Shown piece by piece: positions 8,882 through 19,029 of a DNA stretch of 64,000 nucleotides (position 1 is the stretch's first letter; each line of letters starts with the position of its first letter). The notes beneath the pieces were generated by a model that did no database searches, was not told the DNA's origin, and worked only from the letters and a program-made list of their open reading frames with translations. A program made the position numbers and the translations under genes. The stretch comes from Brevundimonas sp. SL130 (GTDB lineage Bacteria > Pseudomonadota > Alphaproteobacteria > Caulobacterales > Caulobacteraceae), in the NCBI RefSeq assembly GCF_026625805.1, contig NZ_CP113064.1:2146657-2210656 (forward strand), given 5' to 3'.

Positions 8882-10287
8882 CAGGCTTGATCTTCCTCTT
8901 CTCCGCCGCGCGCGGGCGACACCCCCAGCGACTTCAACTTGCGGTGCAGCGCCGACCGCTCCATGCCGATGAAGGCCGCAGTCCGCGATATATTGCCGCC
9001 GAAACGCATGATCTGCGCCGCCAGATAATCTCTCTCGAACACTTCGCGCGCCTCGCGCAACGGCAGGGCGATTGTGCGTTCGGCGCCCAGGGTAGACGAC
9101 CCGCCGTTCGACGTCGCCACCTCCTGCGGCAGCATGTCGGCGGTGATCGGCTCGTTCGGATCGCCCGTCGCCAGGATCAACAGCCGCTCGATATTGTTGC
9201 GTAGCTGGCGGATATTGCCCGGCCAGGGGTGGACCTGCAGCACGGCGACGGCGTCGTCGCCGACCACGCGGCGCGGCAGGCCTTGCGAGGCGCTGATGGT
9301 CTCGACGAAATATTCAACCAGTTCGGCGATATCCTCGCGCCGCTCCGACAGGGCCGGCACGCGGATCGGCACCACGTTCAGACGATGGAACAGATCCTCG
9401 CGGAACCGCCCCTCGGCGATCTCGGCCTTCAGGTCGCGCGAGGTCGAGGTGACGACCCGCACATCGACCTGCACGTCCTGCTCACCGCCGACGCGACGGA
9501 AGCGCTGATCGACCAGGACGCGCAAGATGCGGCTCTGGCTCTCGCGCGGCATGTCGCTGATCTCGTCCAGATAAAGCGTGCCGTTATGGGCCCGTTCGAA
9601 CACGCCGATCTTGCGCGGGCGACCGTCCTGCCCCTCTTCCCCAAACAGTTCGACGTCCAGACGTTCGGGCGTCATCCCGGCCGCCGAAATGGCCACGAAC
9701 TCCGCGCGGGCGCGCGGGCTGGCCTCGTGGATCTGACGGGCGACCAGTTCCTTGCCCGATCCGGCCGGGCCGGCGATCAAGACGCGGCTGTTGGCCTGGG
9801 CCACCTTGGCGATGGTGCCGCGCAGCGCCTGGGCCGCCTGCGACCTTCCGATCAGGCCGGACGGCGTCATGGTCTGGGCCCGCAGCCGGCGGTTTTCGCG
9901 CTTCAGCGTCGCCGCCTCGATCGCCCGCTCGACCACGACCACCAGCCGGTCGGACTTGAACGGCTTTTCGATGAAGTCATAGGCGCCGCGCTTCAGCGCC
10001 GTCACCGCCGTCTCGATATTGCCGTGCCCCGAGATCATCACCACCGGCAGGTCGGGATCGATCTCCTTGACCACCTCCAGCAGTTCCAGCCCATCCAGTC
10101 CGCCGCCCTGCATCCAGATGTCCAGGATCGCCAGCGACGGCTTCCGCGCTCGGATCGCCGCCAGGGCCTCGTCGGAATTGGCGGCCACGCGCACGGCGTG
10201 CCCCTCGTCCTCAAGCAGACCCGAGACCAGATCGCGGATGTCCGCCTCGTCGTCGACGACTAGAATGTCGGAACCGGTAGGTCGCAT
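8881..10287 (-). CDS. ntrX: sigma-54-dependent response regulator NtrX
   Basis: 468 aa. REC (ILVVDDEADIRD...DIWMQGG), AAA+ (GPAGSGKE, GAFTGA-like region) and a C-terminal Fis-type HTH. Downstream of ntrY. Confidence 0.85.
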   Translation of the reverse strand: MRPTGSDILVVDDEADIRDLVSGLLEDEGHAVRVAANSDEALAAIRARKPSLAILDIWMQGGGLDGLELLEVVKEIDPDLPVVMISGHGNIETAVTALKRGAYDFIEKPFKSDRLVVVVERAIEAATLKRENRRLRAQTMTPSGLIGRSQAAQALRGTIAKVAQANSRVLIAGPAGSGKELVARQIHEASPRARAEFVAISAAGMTPERLDVELFGEEGQDGRPRKIGVFERAHNGTLYLDEISDMPRESQSRILRVLVDQRFRRVGGEQDVQVDVRVVTSTSRDLKAEIAEGRFREDLFHRLNVVPIRVPALSERREDIAELVEYFVETISASQGLPRRVVGDDAVAVLQVHPWPGNIRQLRNNIERLLILATGDPNEPITADMLPQEVATSNGGSSTLGAERTIALPLREAREVFERDYLAAQIMRFGGNISRTAAFIGMERSALHRKLKSLGVSPARGGEEEDQA

Positions 10288-10297
10288 CTTGCCTCGC

Positions 10298-12565
10298 TTA
10301 TTCGGCCACGACGGTCTGGAGCTTGCGCTCCGTCACGTCGCCGGTCTTGCCGTGGGGTTTCAGGGGGAAGATCAGGCACACGCGCGCGCCGCGCAGGGTC
10401 TCGGCGTCGGCCAGCTTCAGCTCGCCGCCGTGGTCCTCGCAGATGCGTTTGACGATGGCCAGGCCCAGGCCCGTGCCCTTCTCGCGCGTGGTGACATAGG
10501 GTTCGGTCAGACGATCGCGATCCTTGGCCGGCAGGCCGATCCCGTCGTCCTCGACCATGAAGGTCGCCAGGCCGTTCTCCACGATCAGCGAGGCGATGAT
10601 CCCCGCCTCGTCTGACGCGGCCGCATCGCCATCCGCCAGCCGTCGGGCGGCGACGGATTCGCCGGCGTTCTTCAGGATATTGATCAGGGCCTGCCCCACC
10701 ATCCGGGCGTCGCATCGCAGCGTCGCCTTGGGCAGGGGCTCGTGCATCTCGACCACGATATCGGCGGCCGCGACCCTCTGGGCGAACACGGCTTCGCGCA
10801 GCATCTCCGCCGGATTGGCCGCGCCGAAGCGCGGCGCCGGCATGCGGGCGAAGGACGAGAACTCATCCACCATCCGGCCGATGTCGCCGACCTGGCGGAT
10901 GATCGTGTCGGTGCACCGGTCGAAGATCTCGACGTCGTCCACCTTGTCCCTATATTTCCGCTTCAGCCGCTCGGCCGACAGCTGGATCGGCGTCAGGGGG
11001 TTCTTGATCTCATGGGCGATCCGGCGGGCCACGTCGCGCCAGGCGGCGTTGCGCTGGGCCGTCACCAACCGGGTGATGTCGTCGAAGGTCAGAACCATCT
11101 CGCCGCCCTGACCGCCCTCGATCCGGACCCGCAGCCGGAAGGTCTCCCCGCCTCGGCTGATGTCGATATCCTCTTCGATATGGGCCTCGACCCGCCCCAC
11201 GAGATCACTGAGCTCTGGAGAGAGCGCGGCCAGTTCATGGCCCAGAACCGCCTCTTCTTCGATGTGCAGCAGTTGCAGCGCGCTGTCGTTGATGGCCGAG
11301 ACACGCCCCCGGCGATCCAGGCCAATGACGCCGGCGCTGACCCCGGACAGCACGGTCTCGATGAACCGACTGCGATCCTGCGCCTCGTCGCTGGCGGCCT
11401 TCAGCGCCGTCTGCTGGGCCTGTAGGTCGCCGGTCATCCGGTTGAAGGCGTCGGACAGGGTGGCGATCTCGGCGGGGGCGCCGTCGCTGTCCACCCTGGC
11501 GCTGAAATCGCCGCCCGCCACCTGATCCGCCGCCTTCACCAGACGGCCGATCGGCGCCGAAATACTGCTGGCCGCCGACATGCCCAGCCAAACCGCGCCC
11601 ACCAGCACCAGAAGGGCCGTTTCCAGATAGCTGAGAATGAAGGCCGACTGGATCCGCGACCGGCTTTCCTTCGCTTCCTGATAGGCCTGGATCGACTGGA
11701 TCGACGCATTCATCCGTGCGACCAGTCCGTCCTGCAAAGGACGCACAAGATACAGATAGGCGTCGCCATAGGCCGGAAGAGCGACGATTGATCGCACGGC
11801 GTCCGGATTCTGCGTCACGTCAGTGGGAGGCTGCCCCCCTTCAGCGGCAGCCTCCAGGTAGTTGCGCGGCGGCGCCAGATAAGGGGGGGCATTGGGTTTC
11901 TCCGCCCTTGCCAGCACCTGTCCTTCGCCGTTCAAAATGTAGATGGCCGGATAGCCGAAGATATCCCCAAGCTGCGCCAGTGCGTCGTTGAACTGAATAC
12001 GATTGCCGAACAGACTGCGCGCGCTGCTCAACTGGTCGGAGATCGTTCCCAGGTCTGCGTCCACGGACGAGGCCACATCCTTGACATAGGCGCGACCGAC
12101 GACAGCGCCGTTTTCGACCGAGGCCTGAACATTGTCGCTGAACCACTGATCCACGCCGCGCGTCACCAGTATCCCGAACACCAGAGCGATCAACACCGCC
12201 GGGATCACCGCCACCATGGAAAACAGGGCGACGAACCGCAGATGCAGCCTCGACCCTGCCTCGCCCGTGCTACGGGCCAGCGCCAACACGCGACGTCCGA
12301 CGATGAAGGCCAGGCCTGAGATCAGCGCCAGATTGGCCAGAAGGACGAACAGCACCAGCTGACTGGTCGAACCCCGCGCCGCCCCCGAGGTCGCCCCGGG
12401 CGCAAGCGCCACCAGCCAAACCGCCGCCGCCGTAATCACTACGGCGACGACATAGGCGAAGCCGAAGCCGGCGCGCGACCGCTCCATCTCGAACCGCCCC
12501 CAGAATGACTCATCGTCCGACACCCGGTCGGTTCGAGAGGTCACAGCTGAGGGCGTATCCGTCAT
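10298..12565 (-). CDS. ntrY: sensor histidine kinase NtrY
   Basis: 755 aa. N-terminal TM helices, HAMP, PAS, H-box IAHEIKNPLTPIQLSAERLKRKY and HATPase_c (GTGLGLAIVKRI). Confidence 0.85.
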   Translation of the reverse strand: MTDTPSAVTSRTDRVSDDESFWGRFEMERSRAGFGFAYVVAVVITAAAVWLVALAPGATSGAARGSTSQLVLFVLLANLALISGLAFIVGRRVLALARSTGEAGSRLHLRFVALFSMVAVIPAVLIALVFGILVTRGVDQWFSDNVQASVENGAVVGRAYVKDVASSVDADLGTISDQLSSARSLFGNRIQFNDALAQLGDIFGYPAIYILNGEGQVLARAEKPNAPPYLAPPRNYLEAAAEGGQPPTDVTQNPDAVRSIVALPAYGDAYLYLVRPLQDGLVARMNASIQSIQAYQEAKESRSRIQSAFILSYLETALLVLVGAVWLGMSAASSISAPIGRLVKAADQVAGGDFSARVDSDGAPAEIATLSDAFNRMTGDLQAQQTALKAASDEAQDRSRFIETVLSGVSAGVIGLDRRGRVSAINDSALQLLHIEEEAVLGHELAALSPELSDLVGRVEAHIEEDIDISRGGETFRLRVRIEGGQGGEMVLTFDDITRLVTAQRNAAWRDVARRIAHEIKNPLTPIQLSAERLKRKYRDKVDDVEIFDRCTDTIIRQVGDIGRMVDEFSSFARMPAPRFGAANPAEMLREAVFAQRVAAADIVVEMHEPLPKATLRCDARMVGQALINILKNAGESVAARRLADGDAAASDEAGIIASLIVENGLATFMVEDDGIGLPAKDRDRLTEPYVTTREKGTGLGLAIVKRICEDHGGELKLADAETLRGARVCLIFPLKPHGKTGDVTERKLQTVVAE

Positions 12566-13653
12566 GCCACAGCAGTGTCGATCAACTGTGGCGCATTTTC
12601 AACAACAGACTTGCCCTGATCCGGCAAATTCCGCCGCCAAAGTTCCGACATGGCCGCCTCGACCGCCTCAGGATCATCCAGCCGGCAAATTCTTGCCTTG
12701 GCCTCGCGCCGGTGTTGCGGATCGGCCGGCCAGGGCGCCTGTTCGATGTACCAGCCCAGGTGCTTGCGGAACATCTTCAGCCCCAGGGGCAGACCGTAGA
12801 AGTCCGCCGAGGCCCGCAGGTGTTCGACGACGATGGCCAGCCGCGCCTCCGGCCCGGGTTCTTCCAGCGACACCCCGTCGATCAGCGCCCGCTCCAGATG
12901 CGCCGCCAGCCAGGGCCGTCCATAGACGCCGCGCCCCAGCATCAGACCGTCCGCGCCTGACTGCGCTAGGGCCTCGCGCGCGTCATCCGCCGTCAGTATG
13001 TCGCCGTTGACGATCACGGGGATGCCGACCGCCGCCTTGACCGCCCCGACCGCATCCCAGTCGGCCTTGCCGGTATAGAACTGCTTGCGGGTGCGGCCGT
13101 GCACCGTCACCGCCTTGACCCCGATCGCCTCGGCCCGCTTCGCCAGTTCGGCGGCGTTTCGGCTGTCGTCGTCCCAGCCCAACCGCATCTTGACCGTCAC
13201 CGGCCGACCGGTCGCCTGAACCGCCGCCTCCATAATCCGGCAGGCCAGATCCGGCGTGCGCATCAGGGCCGATCCGGCGGCCGAGCCCGTGACCTCCTTG
13301 GCTGGACAGCCGAAGTTCAGATCGACGATGTCCGCGCCCGCCCTCTCAGCCATGCGCGCGCCCTCGGCCATCTGGCCCGGATCGCGGCCGACCAGCTGGA
13401 TTACCGTCAGCGGCAGACCGGCCCCGACGGCGGCGCGGCGCACCACGTCGGGCCGCTCGCGCGCCAGTTCCTTGGCCGCCACCATCTCGGTCGCCACATA
13501 GGCCGCGCCCAGTTTGGACGCGAGCACGCGGAACGGCAGGTCGGTGACGCCGGTCATGGGCGCCATCAGCACCTGCCCCGGCACCGTCACGTCGCCGATC
13601 TGTAAGGTCTTGGCCATCTCCGCCTTTCGCAGCATCCGAGGCCGCCTCGTCAA
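12562..13653 (-). CDS. dusB: tRNA-dihydrouridine synthase DusB (NifR3)
   Basis: 363 aa. Dus motifs LAPMTGVTDLPFR, DLNFGCP, and FMN-binding TIM barrel. Overlaps the ntrY start by 4 nt. Confidence 0.85.
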   Translation of the reverse strand: MTRRPRMLRKAEMAKTLQIGDVTVPGQVLMAPMTGVTDLPFRVLASKLGAAYVATEMVAAKELARERPDVVRRAAVGAGLPLTVIQLVGRDPGQMAEGARMAERAGADIVDLNFGCPAKEVTGSAAGSALMRTPDLACRIMEAAVQATGRPVTVKMRLGWDDDSRNAAELAKRAEAIGVKAVTVHGRTRKQFYTGKADWDAVGAVKAAVGIPVIVNGDILTADDAREALAQSGADGLMLGRGVYGRPWLAAHLERALIDGVSLEEPGPEARLAIVVEHLRASADFYGLPLGLKMFRKHLGWYIEQAPWPADPQHRREAKARICRLDDPEAVEAAMSELWRRNLPDQGKSVVENAPQLIDTAVA

Positions 13654-13711
13654 GCACCACCGAGGCGGTTTGATGGTTTCGCCCGCCGACGGCGCGCTTT
13701 AGAAGGCCGTC

Positions 13712-14866
13712 ATGACTTTCTCGGGCATCATCGTCGCGGCCGGTTCAGGCTCGCGCGCCGGCGGCGACAAACAGTGGCGCACCCTGGGCGGAAAGCCCGT
13801 ACTGCGCTGGTCGGCCGAGGCCCTGCTGAACGCGGGCGCCGACGAACTGGTCATCGTGATCGCCCCCGGCGCCGAGCCGCGCGTGGCCGAGGCCCTGGCG
13901 GGACTGTCGCACTGGCGCGCAGTCGTCGGCGGCGACGTCCGCGCCCAGTCCGTCCGCGCCGGCCTGGCCGCCCTGGCCTGCCCCGCCGACCAGCCCGTCC
14001 TGATCCACGACGCCGCCCGCCCCCTGCTGGACCGCGCCGTCATCGACCGCCTGATCGCGGCCCTGTCCGACGCCGGCGGCGCCTTGCCCGCCCTGCCGGT
14101 CGCCGACAGCCTGCGTCGCGGCGCCGAGGGCTTGATGGCGGGGGTGGTCGAGCGCGACGGCCTTTGGCGGGCCCAGACGCCCCAGGCCTTCCGTCGCCAG
14201 ACTATCGAATCCGCCTACGCCGCCTGGACCGGTCCCGACGCCCCGACGGACGAAGCCGTGGTGGTCGAACGCCACGGCGGACGCGTCGCCCTCGTCGCGG
14301 GCGATCCACGTCTGATGAAACTGACCTATCCCGAGGATTTCGCCATGGCCGAGGCCCTGTTGTCGCAAGCGACCCGCTATCAGACCCGCATCGGCTCCGG
14401 CTACGACGTCCACCGCTGGGGCCCCGGCGGGTCGGTCTGGCTGTGCGGGATCGAGGTGCCGCACGACCAGACCCTGATCGGCCATTCCGACGCCGACGCG
14501 GGCCTGCACGCCCTGACCGACGCCCTTCTGGGCGCGATCGCTCAAGGCGACATCGGCGACCACTTCCCGCCGACTGACCCGAAATGGAAGGGCGCTTCCT
14601 CCGACCTCTTCCTGCTTCACGCCGCTGAGCTTGTGACCGCGCGCGGCGGCCGCATCGTCAATGTTGACGTGACCCTGATCTGCGAACAGCCCAAGGTGAA
14701 GCCGCACCGCCAGGCCATGCGCGAACGGATCGCCAGCCTGCTCTCCCTTCCGCTCGACGCTGTCAGCGTCAAGGCCACCACGACCGAAGGATTGGGCTTC
14801 ACGGGCCGGGGCGAAGGCCTGGCGGCCCAGGCCGTGGCCACGGTCGAAATCCCTATCCCGGCCTAG
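13712..14866 (+). CDS. ispDF: bifunctional 2-C-methyl-D-erythritol 4-phosphate cytidylyltransferase / 2-C-methyl-D-erythritol 2,4-cyclodiphosphate synthase IspDF
   Basis: 384 aa. N-terminal IspD ([17 protein letters not shown]) fused to C-terminal IspF (GSGYDVHRW...[10 protein letters not shown]). Confidence 0.9.
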   Translation: MTFSGIIVAAGSGSRAGGDKQWRTLGGKPVLRWSAEALLNAGADELVIVIAPGAEPRVAEALAGLSHWRAVVGGDVRAQSVRAGLAALACPADQPVLIHDAARPLLDRAVIDRLIAALSDAGGALPALPVADSLRRGAEGLMAGVVERDGLWRAQTPQAFRRQTIESAYAAWTGPDAPTDEAVVVERHGGRVALVAGDPRLMKLTYPEDFAMAEALLSQATRYQTRIGSGYDVHRWGPGGSVWLCGIEVPHDQTLIGHSDADAGLHALTDALLGAIAQGDIGDHFPPTDPKWKGASSDLFLLHAAELVTARGGRIVNVDVTLICEQPKVKPHRQAMRERIASLLSLPLDAVSVKATTTEGLGFTGRGEGLAAQAVATVEIPIPA

Positions 14867-14869
14867 GCC

Positions 14870-17176
14870 CTACTGTGCCGAATACTGGATCTGGCGGACC
14901 AGCGACCCGAACAGATTGACATAGTCGTCGGTCCACGGCCGCACCTCAGTCGCCTCTAGCCTGCGCCAGCGCGGGTCGGCCCGATAGGGCGCCATGGCCG
15001 CCTCCGACTTGCCGATGACCAGGGCCTCGGTCGAGGATTCGGACATCTGCACCGCCTCGGGCCGTTCCCTATAGATCTGGTGCAGGGCCGGCGCTTTCAG
15101 GGCCGCCGCCGCCGCCTCGGCCGGCAGGGTGATCTCCAGGTTCCGGTTCGACAGGTGCAGCACCACCACCCCGTCGGGTTTCAGCAGGCGCAGATAGCCG
15201 GCGATGGCCTCGACCGTCAGCAAATGGGTCGGCACCGCGTCCGATGAGAAGGCGTCGATGATCAGCAGGTCATAGCTGCCTGGCGCCTCCTGCTCCATGG
15301 TCAGGCGGGCGTCGCCCAGCACCGTCCGCACCGCCCCCTGGGCGCAGCCGTTGATGAAACTGAACCAGCGCGGATCGCGCGACAGCCGGTCCACCATCGG
15401 ATCGATCTCGAAGAAGCTCATCCGGTCCTGAGTTCGCTTATAGGCGGCCATGGCCCCCGCGCCCTGCCCCACCACCCCGATCACCGCGCCGTCGGGGTGG
15501 CGTTCATGAGCGATCATGCCCGCCTGCCCGATGGGCGTGGTCGTGGCGTAATACAGGGTCGGCAGGCATCGATACCGCTCCGACTGCGCCTGGGCGCCGT
15601 GCAGGGTGGTGCCGTGCATCAGCACATGAACCGGCCCGTCGAGCCCTTCGATAGTGGTGCTGGCCACCCGCATGACCCCGAAGAAGCTCCGTTCCGTCAG
15701 CGTCCAGTCATAGCCGCGCGCGACATGATAGCCGGACCAGACCATGGCCCCGATCACCACGCTGAACATGACCGCCCGGTCCCGCAGCAAAAAGGCGAAC
15801 AGGGCCGCGATCCCCAGCACCGCCTGGGCGATCCGCACCAGCTCTGCATCCGGCACATTGGCGCGGATATCCGGCGCATAGCGAACCAGCGCCAGCCCTA
15901 ACGGCCCGGACAGGGCGATCAGCACGCCGATAACGCAGGCGATGATCTCCCAGGTGCGCATCTCACGTCCCCGCCACGGTCGCAGCAGCCCCACCGCGAC
16001 CAGCACCAGCGGATATTCCCACACCATGTTGAACACGACCGGCGCGATCAGGGCGTTGAACACCCCGCCTATAACCCCGCCCAGCGACAGCAGCAGATAA
16101 AACTCGGTCAGCCGCCCCGGCGCCGGCCGCCGCTCGGCCATCAGCTGGTGGCACATCAGGGCGCTGAAGAAGAAGGCCGTCAGATTGACCCCGAAGACGA
16201 ACAGCCACTCGGTCGTCCTGAACGCCGCCAGGGCCGCGCAGGCCGCCAACACCCCCGCCTGGATCGCCAGGGTCAGGTAGATCGGAATGACCGGCCGCGC
16301 CTGGAAGGCGATGACGAAGGTCAGCAGATAAAGGGCCAGCGGGATGACCCACAGAAAGGGCGCCGAGGCCACGTCCGTCGACAGGTGCGCCGTCACCCCC
16401 AGCATCAGACTGGACGGCGCGGCGGCCAGCAGGATCAGCAACCCCTTCTCGCGCCAAGCGATGCGGGGCCCGGGTTCCAGCCGCGCGGGCTCTGCCGCCA
16501 CCGCCTCGCGCCGCCGCCAGGCGAAGACGCCCAGACCCGCGATCATGACCACGAACAGGCCGTAACCCAGGCTCCACCCGCCCCTCTGCCCCGACAGGCT
16601 GACCAGGGGCTCGATCAGAGCCGGATAGGCCAGCAAGGCCAGGAAACTTCCCAGGTTCGAGGCGGCGTAAAGCACATAGGGGTTGTTGCCCCCCGGCGCA
16701 CCATCACCACCTCCAGCCATGGCCGTGACCCGCGCATACCAGGCCTGCAACAGCGGCGCCGTCGCCGACAGAACCGCGAACGGGGCGCCGATCGACACAG
16801 CCAGGGTGGCCAGCAGCCAGACCGTCGGCGCCGACGGATCGGGATCGCCCAGCAGGCCGCTGATCCGCAACGGCAGAAACAGGGCCGCGATCAGCAGCAG
16901 GCCCAGATGCACCGCCGCCTGAAGACGCATCGATCCGATCCTCTGCAACAGGTGCGCGTAGAGGTATCCGACCAGCAGCGCGGTCTGGAAGAAGACCATG
17001 GCCGCATTCCAAACCGACGGCGATCCGCCCAGGGTCGGCAGGATCAGCTTGGTCGCCATCGGCTGCACCACAAAGACCAGGCAGGCCGAGGTGAAGACGG
17101 CGATGGCGAACAGGATCGCGGTCGCCTGGGGGGCTGGCCTGCGGGTCGCGACTTGGACCTCGGTCACATCGGTCAT
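14870..17176 (-). CDS. fused polytopic membrane domain / spermidine synthase-like (polyamine aminopropyltransferase family) protein
   Basis: 768 aa. About 480 aa of N-terminal TM helices plus a C-terminal class I MTase-like spermidine synthase domain (VVGQGAGAMAAY...DLLIIDAFSSDAVPTHL). Confidence 0.65.
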   Translation of the reverse strand: MTDVTEVQVATRRPAPQATAILFAIAVFTSACLVFVVQPMATKLILPTLGGSPSVWNAAMVFFQTALLVGYLYAHLLQRIGSMRLQAAVHLGLLLIAALFLPLRISGLLGDPDPSAPTVWLLATLAVSIGAPFAVLSATAPLLQAWYARVTAMAGGGDGAPGGNNPYVLYAASNLGSFLALLAYPALIEPLVSLSGQRGGWSLGYGLFVVMIAGLGVFAWRRREAVAAEPARLEPGPRIAWREKGLLILLAAAPSSLMLGVTAHLSTDVASAPFLWVIPLALYLLTFVIAFQARPVIPIYLTLAIQAGVLAACAALAAFRTTEWLFVFGVNLTAFFFSALMCHQLMAERRPAPGRLTEFYLLLSLGGVIGGVFNALIAPVVFNMVWEYPLVLVAVGLLRPWRGREMRTWEIIACVIGVLIALSGPLGLALVRYAPDIRANVPDAELVRIAQAVLGIAALFAFLLRDRAVMFSVVIGAMVWSGYHVARGYDWTLTERSFFGVMRVASTTIEGLDGPVHVLMHGTTLHGAQAQSERYRCLPTLYYATTTPIGQAGMIAHERHPDGAVIGVVGQGAGAMAAYKRTQDRMSFFEIDPMVDRLSRDPRWFSFINGCAQGAVRTVLGDARLTMEQEAPGSYDLLIIDAFSSDAVPTHLLTVEAIAGYLRLLKPDGVVVLHLSNRNLEITLPAEAAAAALKAPALHQIYRERPEAVQMSESSTEALVIGKSEAAMAPYRADPRWRRLEATEVRPWTDDYVNLFGSLVRQIQYSAQ

Positions 17177-17216
17177 GGCTCTGGTTAGAGCGGGACTCGC
17201 GGCCTATGAAAAGGCC

Positions 17217-17708
17217 ATGTTCCCGCAAGATATTCAGCGCCTGGCGCAACAGATCGTCGCAACCTCAACCACGCATGGGTTGATGCTGACCACGGCCGAA
17301 AGCTGCACCGGCGGCCTGGTCGCCGCCGCCCTGACCGCCGTCCCAGGCTCGTCCGCCGCCCTGGACCGGGGGTTCGTCACCTACAGCAATGAGGCCAAGC
17401 AACAGATGTTGGGCGTGCCCGAGGCGACGCTGATCGCCCATGGCGCGGTCTCCGAGCCGACCGCCCGCGCCATGGCCCAGGGCGCCGTCGCCCATTCGCG
17501 CGCCGCCGTCGGCGTCGCCGTCACCGGCATCGCCGGCCCCGGCGGCGGATCGCCGGAAAAGCCGGTCGGTCTGGTCCATTTCGCGGCCCAGGGGCCGGGC
17601 GGTCTGATCCATCGCCAGGAAAACTTCGGCGACATCGGCCGCGACGCCATTCGCACCGCCGCCGTCCGCGTGGCCCTGGAGATGCTGGCGGACCGGCTCG
17701 CCTCATGA
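17217..17708 (+). CDS. CinA C-terminal domain protein / nicotinamide-nucleotide amidohydrolase PncC-like
   Basis: 163 aa from MFPQDIQ. Conserved TAESCTGG and GFVTYSNEAK motifs. The ORF-track upstream extension overlaps the divergent neighbour. Confidence 0.75.
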   Translation: MFPQDIQRLAQQIVATSTTHGLMLTTAESCTGGLVAAALTAVPGSSAALDRGFVTYSNEAKQQMLGVPEATLIAHGAVSEPTARAMAQGAVAHSRAAVGVAVTGIAGPGGGSPEKPVGLVHFAAQGPGGLIHRQENFGDIGRDAIRTAAVRVALEMLADRLAS

Positions 17709-17932
17709 CCGAGCCGCGTCTCGTCGACTCGCGCGGCCATGTCTGTCCGACGCCCAGTCTCCGATTGATGAAGGCCATGGCCGGCGCCCCGGCCGGGACG
17801 GTCTTCGTCCTTCTGGCCACCGATCCCATGGCGCGAATCGACGTGCCCTATCTGATGACCCAGAAGAACGGCCGCCTGCTCGACATTCAGGAAACCGAAG
17901 GCGTGATTCGCCTCACGGTGCAGACCGGCTGA
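17705..17932 (+). CDS. TusA-family sulfurtransferase (SirA/YedF/YeeD-like)
   Basis: 75 aa. CPxP motif (HVCPTP). 4-nt overlap with the upstream gene. Confidence 0.75.
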   Translation: MTEPRLVDSRGHVCPTPSLRLMKAMAGAPAGTVFVLLATDPMARIDVPYLMTQKNGRLLDIQETEGVIRLTVQTG

Positions 17933-17941
17933 ACACCGATC

Positions 17942-18907
17942 TTAAGGCCGCGACCGGCGGCTGGCACGACGCTCGGACAGGTCGACCACATCGGCCTGAG
18001 CGGTCGGCGGCGTGGTCCCGCTCTTGGCGTCGGCGTCGGCGGCGATCTCCATCTCGGTAGCGAAGGCGCCGCCGTAGAAGATGGCGTTGATGTTCCACGA
18101 CAGCCAGATCAGCAGCACCACCACCGCCCCGACCGAGCCGTATGTCGCCCCCAACGGCGCAATCTGCTCCACATAGATGGCGCATAGCCACGACGAGATC
18201 ACCGACATCAGCGTCGCCACCAGACCGCCGGTTATCGCCGGCAGCCAGGCGACCCGCGAACTGTGGCTCATGGCGTAGCGATAGAGCAGGGTCAGCCCCA
18301 CCACGAGGCCCAGCGCCGGCAGGAAGGCGTCCATCGGCATCAAACCGCCGCCGAACTTTTCCGCCGCCGATGAGGTCGTATGGGCCAGGATCCGCGCCGT
18401 CACCACGGCGCCCGACACCACGGTGAACAGGGCGAAGGCGAAGACGGCGACGAAGAAGGCCAGCAGATTGAATCTGAAGAAGCCGTGCGGCTCCGTCTCA
18501 TCGTGGATCAGGTTAAGCCCTGCCAACAAGGCCTTGAAACCCCTGTGCGCCGCATAGGCGCCGACGATCAGGGCGAAGGCGCTCTGCGCCGACACCGTGC
18601 GGGCCGACGCATTGGTAAGGCGCGTGATCTCATCGCGGAAAATCGTCTGCGCCGCCTGGGGCAACAGGTCCGACAGGGCCGCCGCCTGGGCGCTGACCTC
18701 GCTGATCGACAGACCCAGCTTGTAGAAGCCGATCAGGATGGCGATGGCCGGAAACACGGCCAGCAGGGCGAAGAACGACACCCCGCCGGTGTACAGCATC
18801 ACGTCGCGACCCCAGCTTCGGGTAAAGGCGCGCACTGCAAGACCACCCCAGAATCCGGGCGCCTTCAGAACCGATCGGGTCAGGTGATCACTCAAGCCGG
18901 TTCTCAC
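17942..18907 (-). CDS. YihY/BrkB family inner-membrane protein
   Basis: 321 aa. Multiple TM helices and the YihY-family N-terminal signature (LYTGGVSFFALLAVFP). Confidence 0.75.
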   Translation of the reverse strand: MRTGLSDHLTRSVLKAPGFWGGLAVRAFTRSWGRDVMLYTGGVSFFALLAVFPAIAILIGFYKLGLSISEVSAQAAALSDLLPQAAQTIFRDEITRLTNASARTVSAQSAFALIVGAYAAHRGFKALLAGLNLIHDETEPHGFFRFNLLAFFVAVFAFALFTVVSGAVVTARILAHTTSSAAEKFGGGLMPMDAFLPALGLVVGLTLLYRYAMSHSSRVAWLPAITGGLVATLMSVISSWLCAIYVEQIAPLGATYGSVGAVVVLLIWLSWNINAIFYGGAFATEMEIAADADAKSGTTPPTAQADVVDLSERRASRRSRP

Positions 18908-19029
18908 AACCGTTGAACAGGCGACTTAACCTAGAGCATTCCTTCGCCGAGGAAAATCCCACTCCGAAACACCCGTCTATCCCCGCTCCAGACGCGCCAA
19001 GTCATTGCTTCCTTAAGGGGCGCCTCGCT

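Noticed and set aside
18913-19029. Upstream extension of the REC-REC-GGDEF ORF to 18913
   Set aside because: It would leave 5 bp between divergent start codons. The internal ATG at 19030 has a good RBS.
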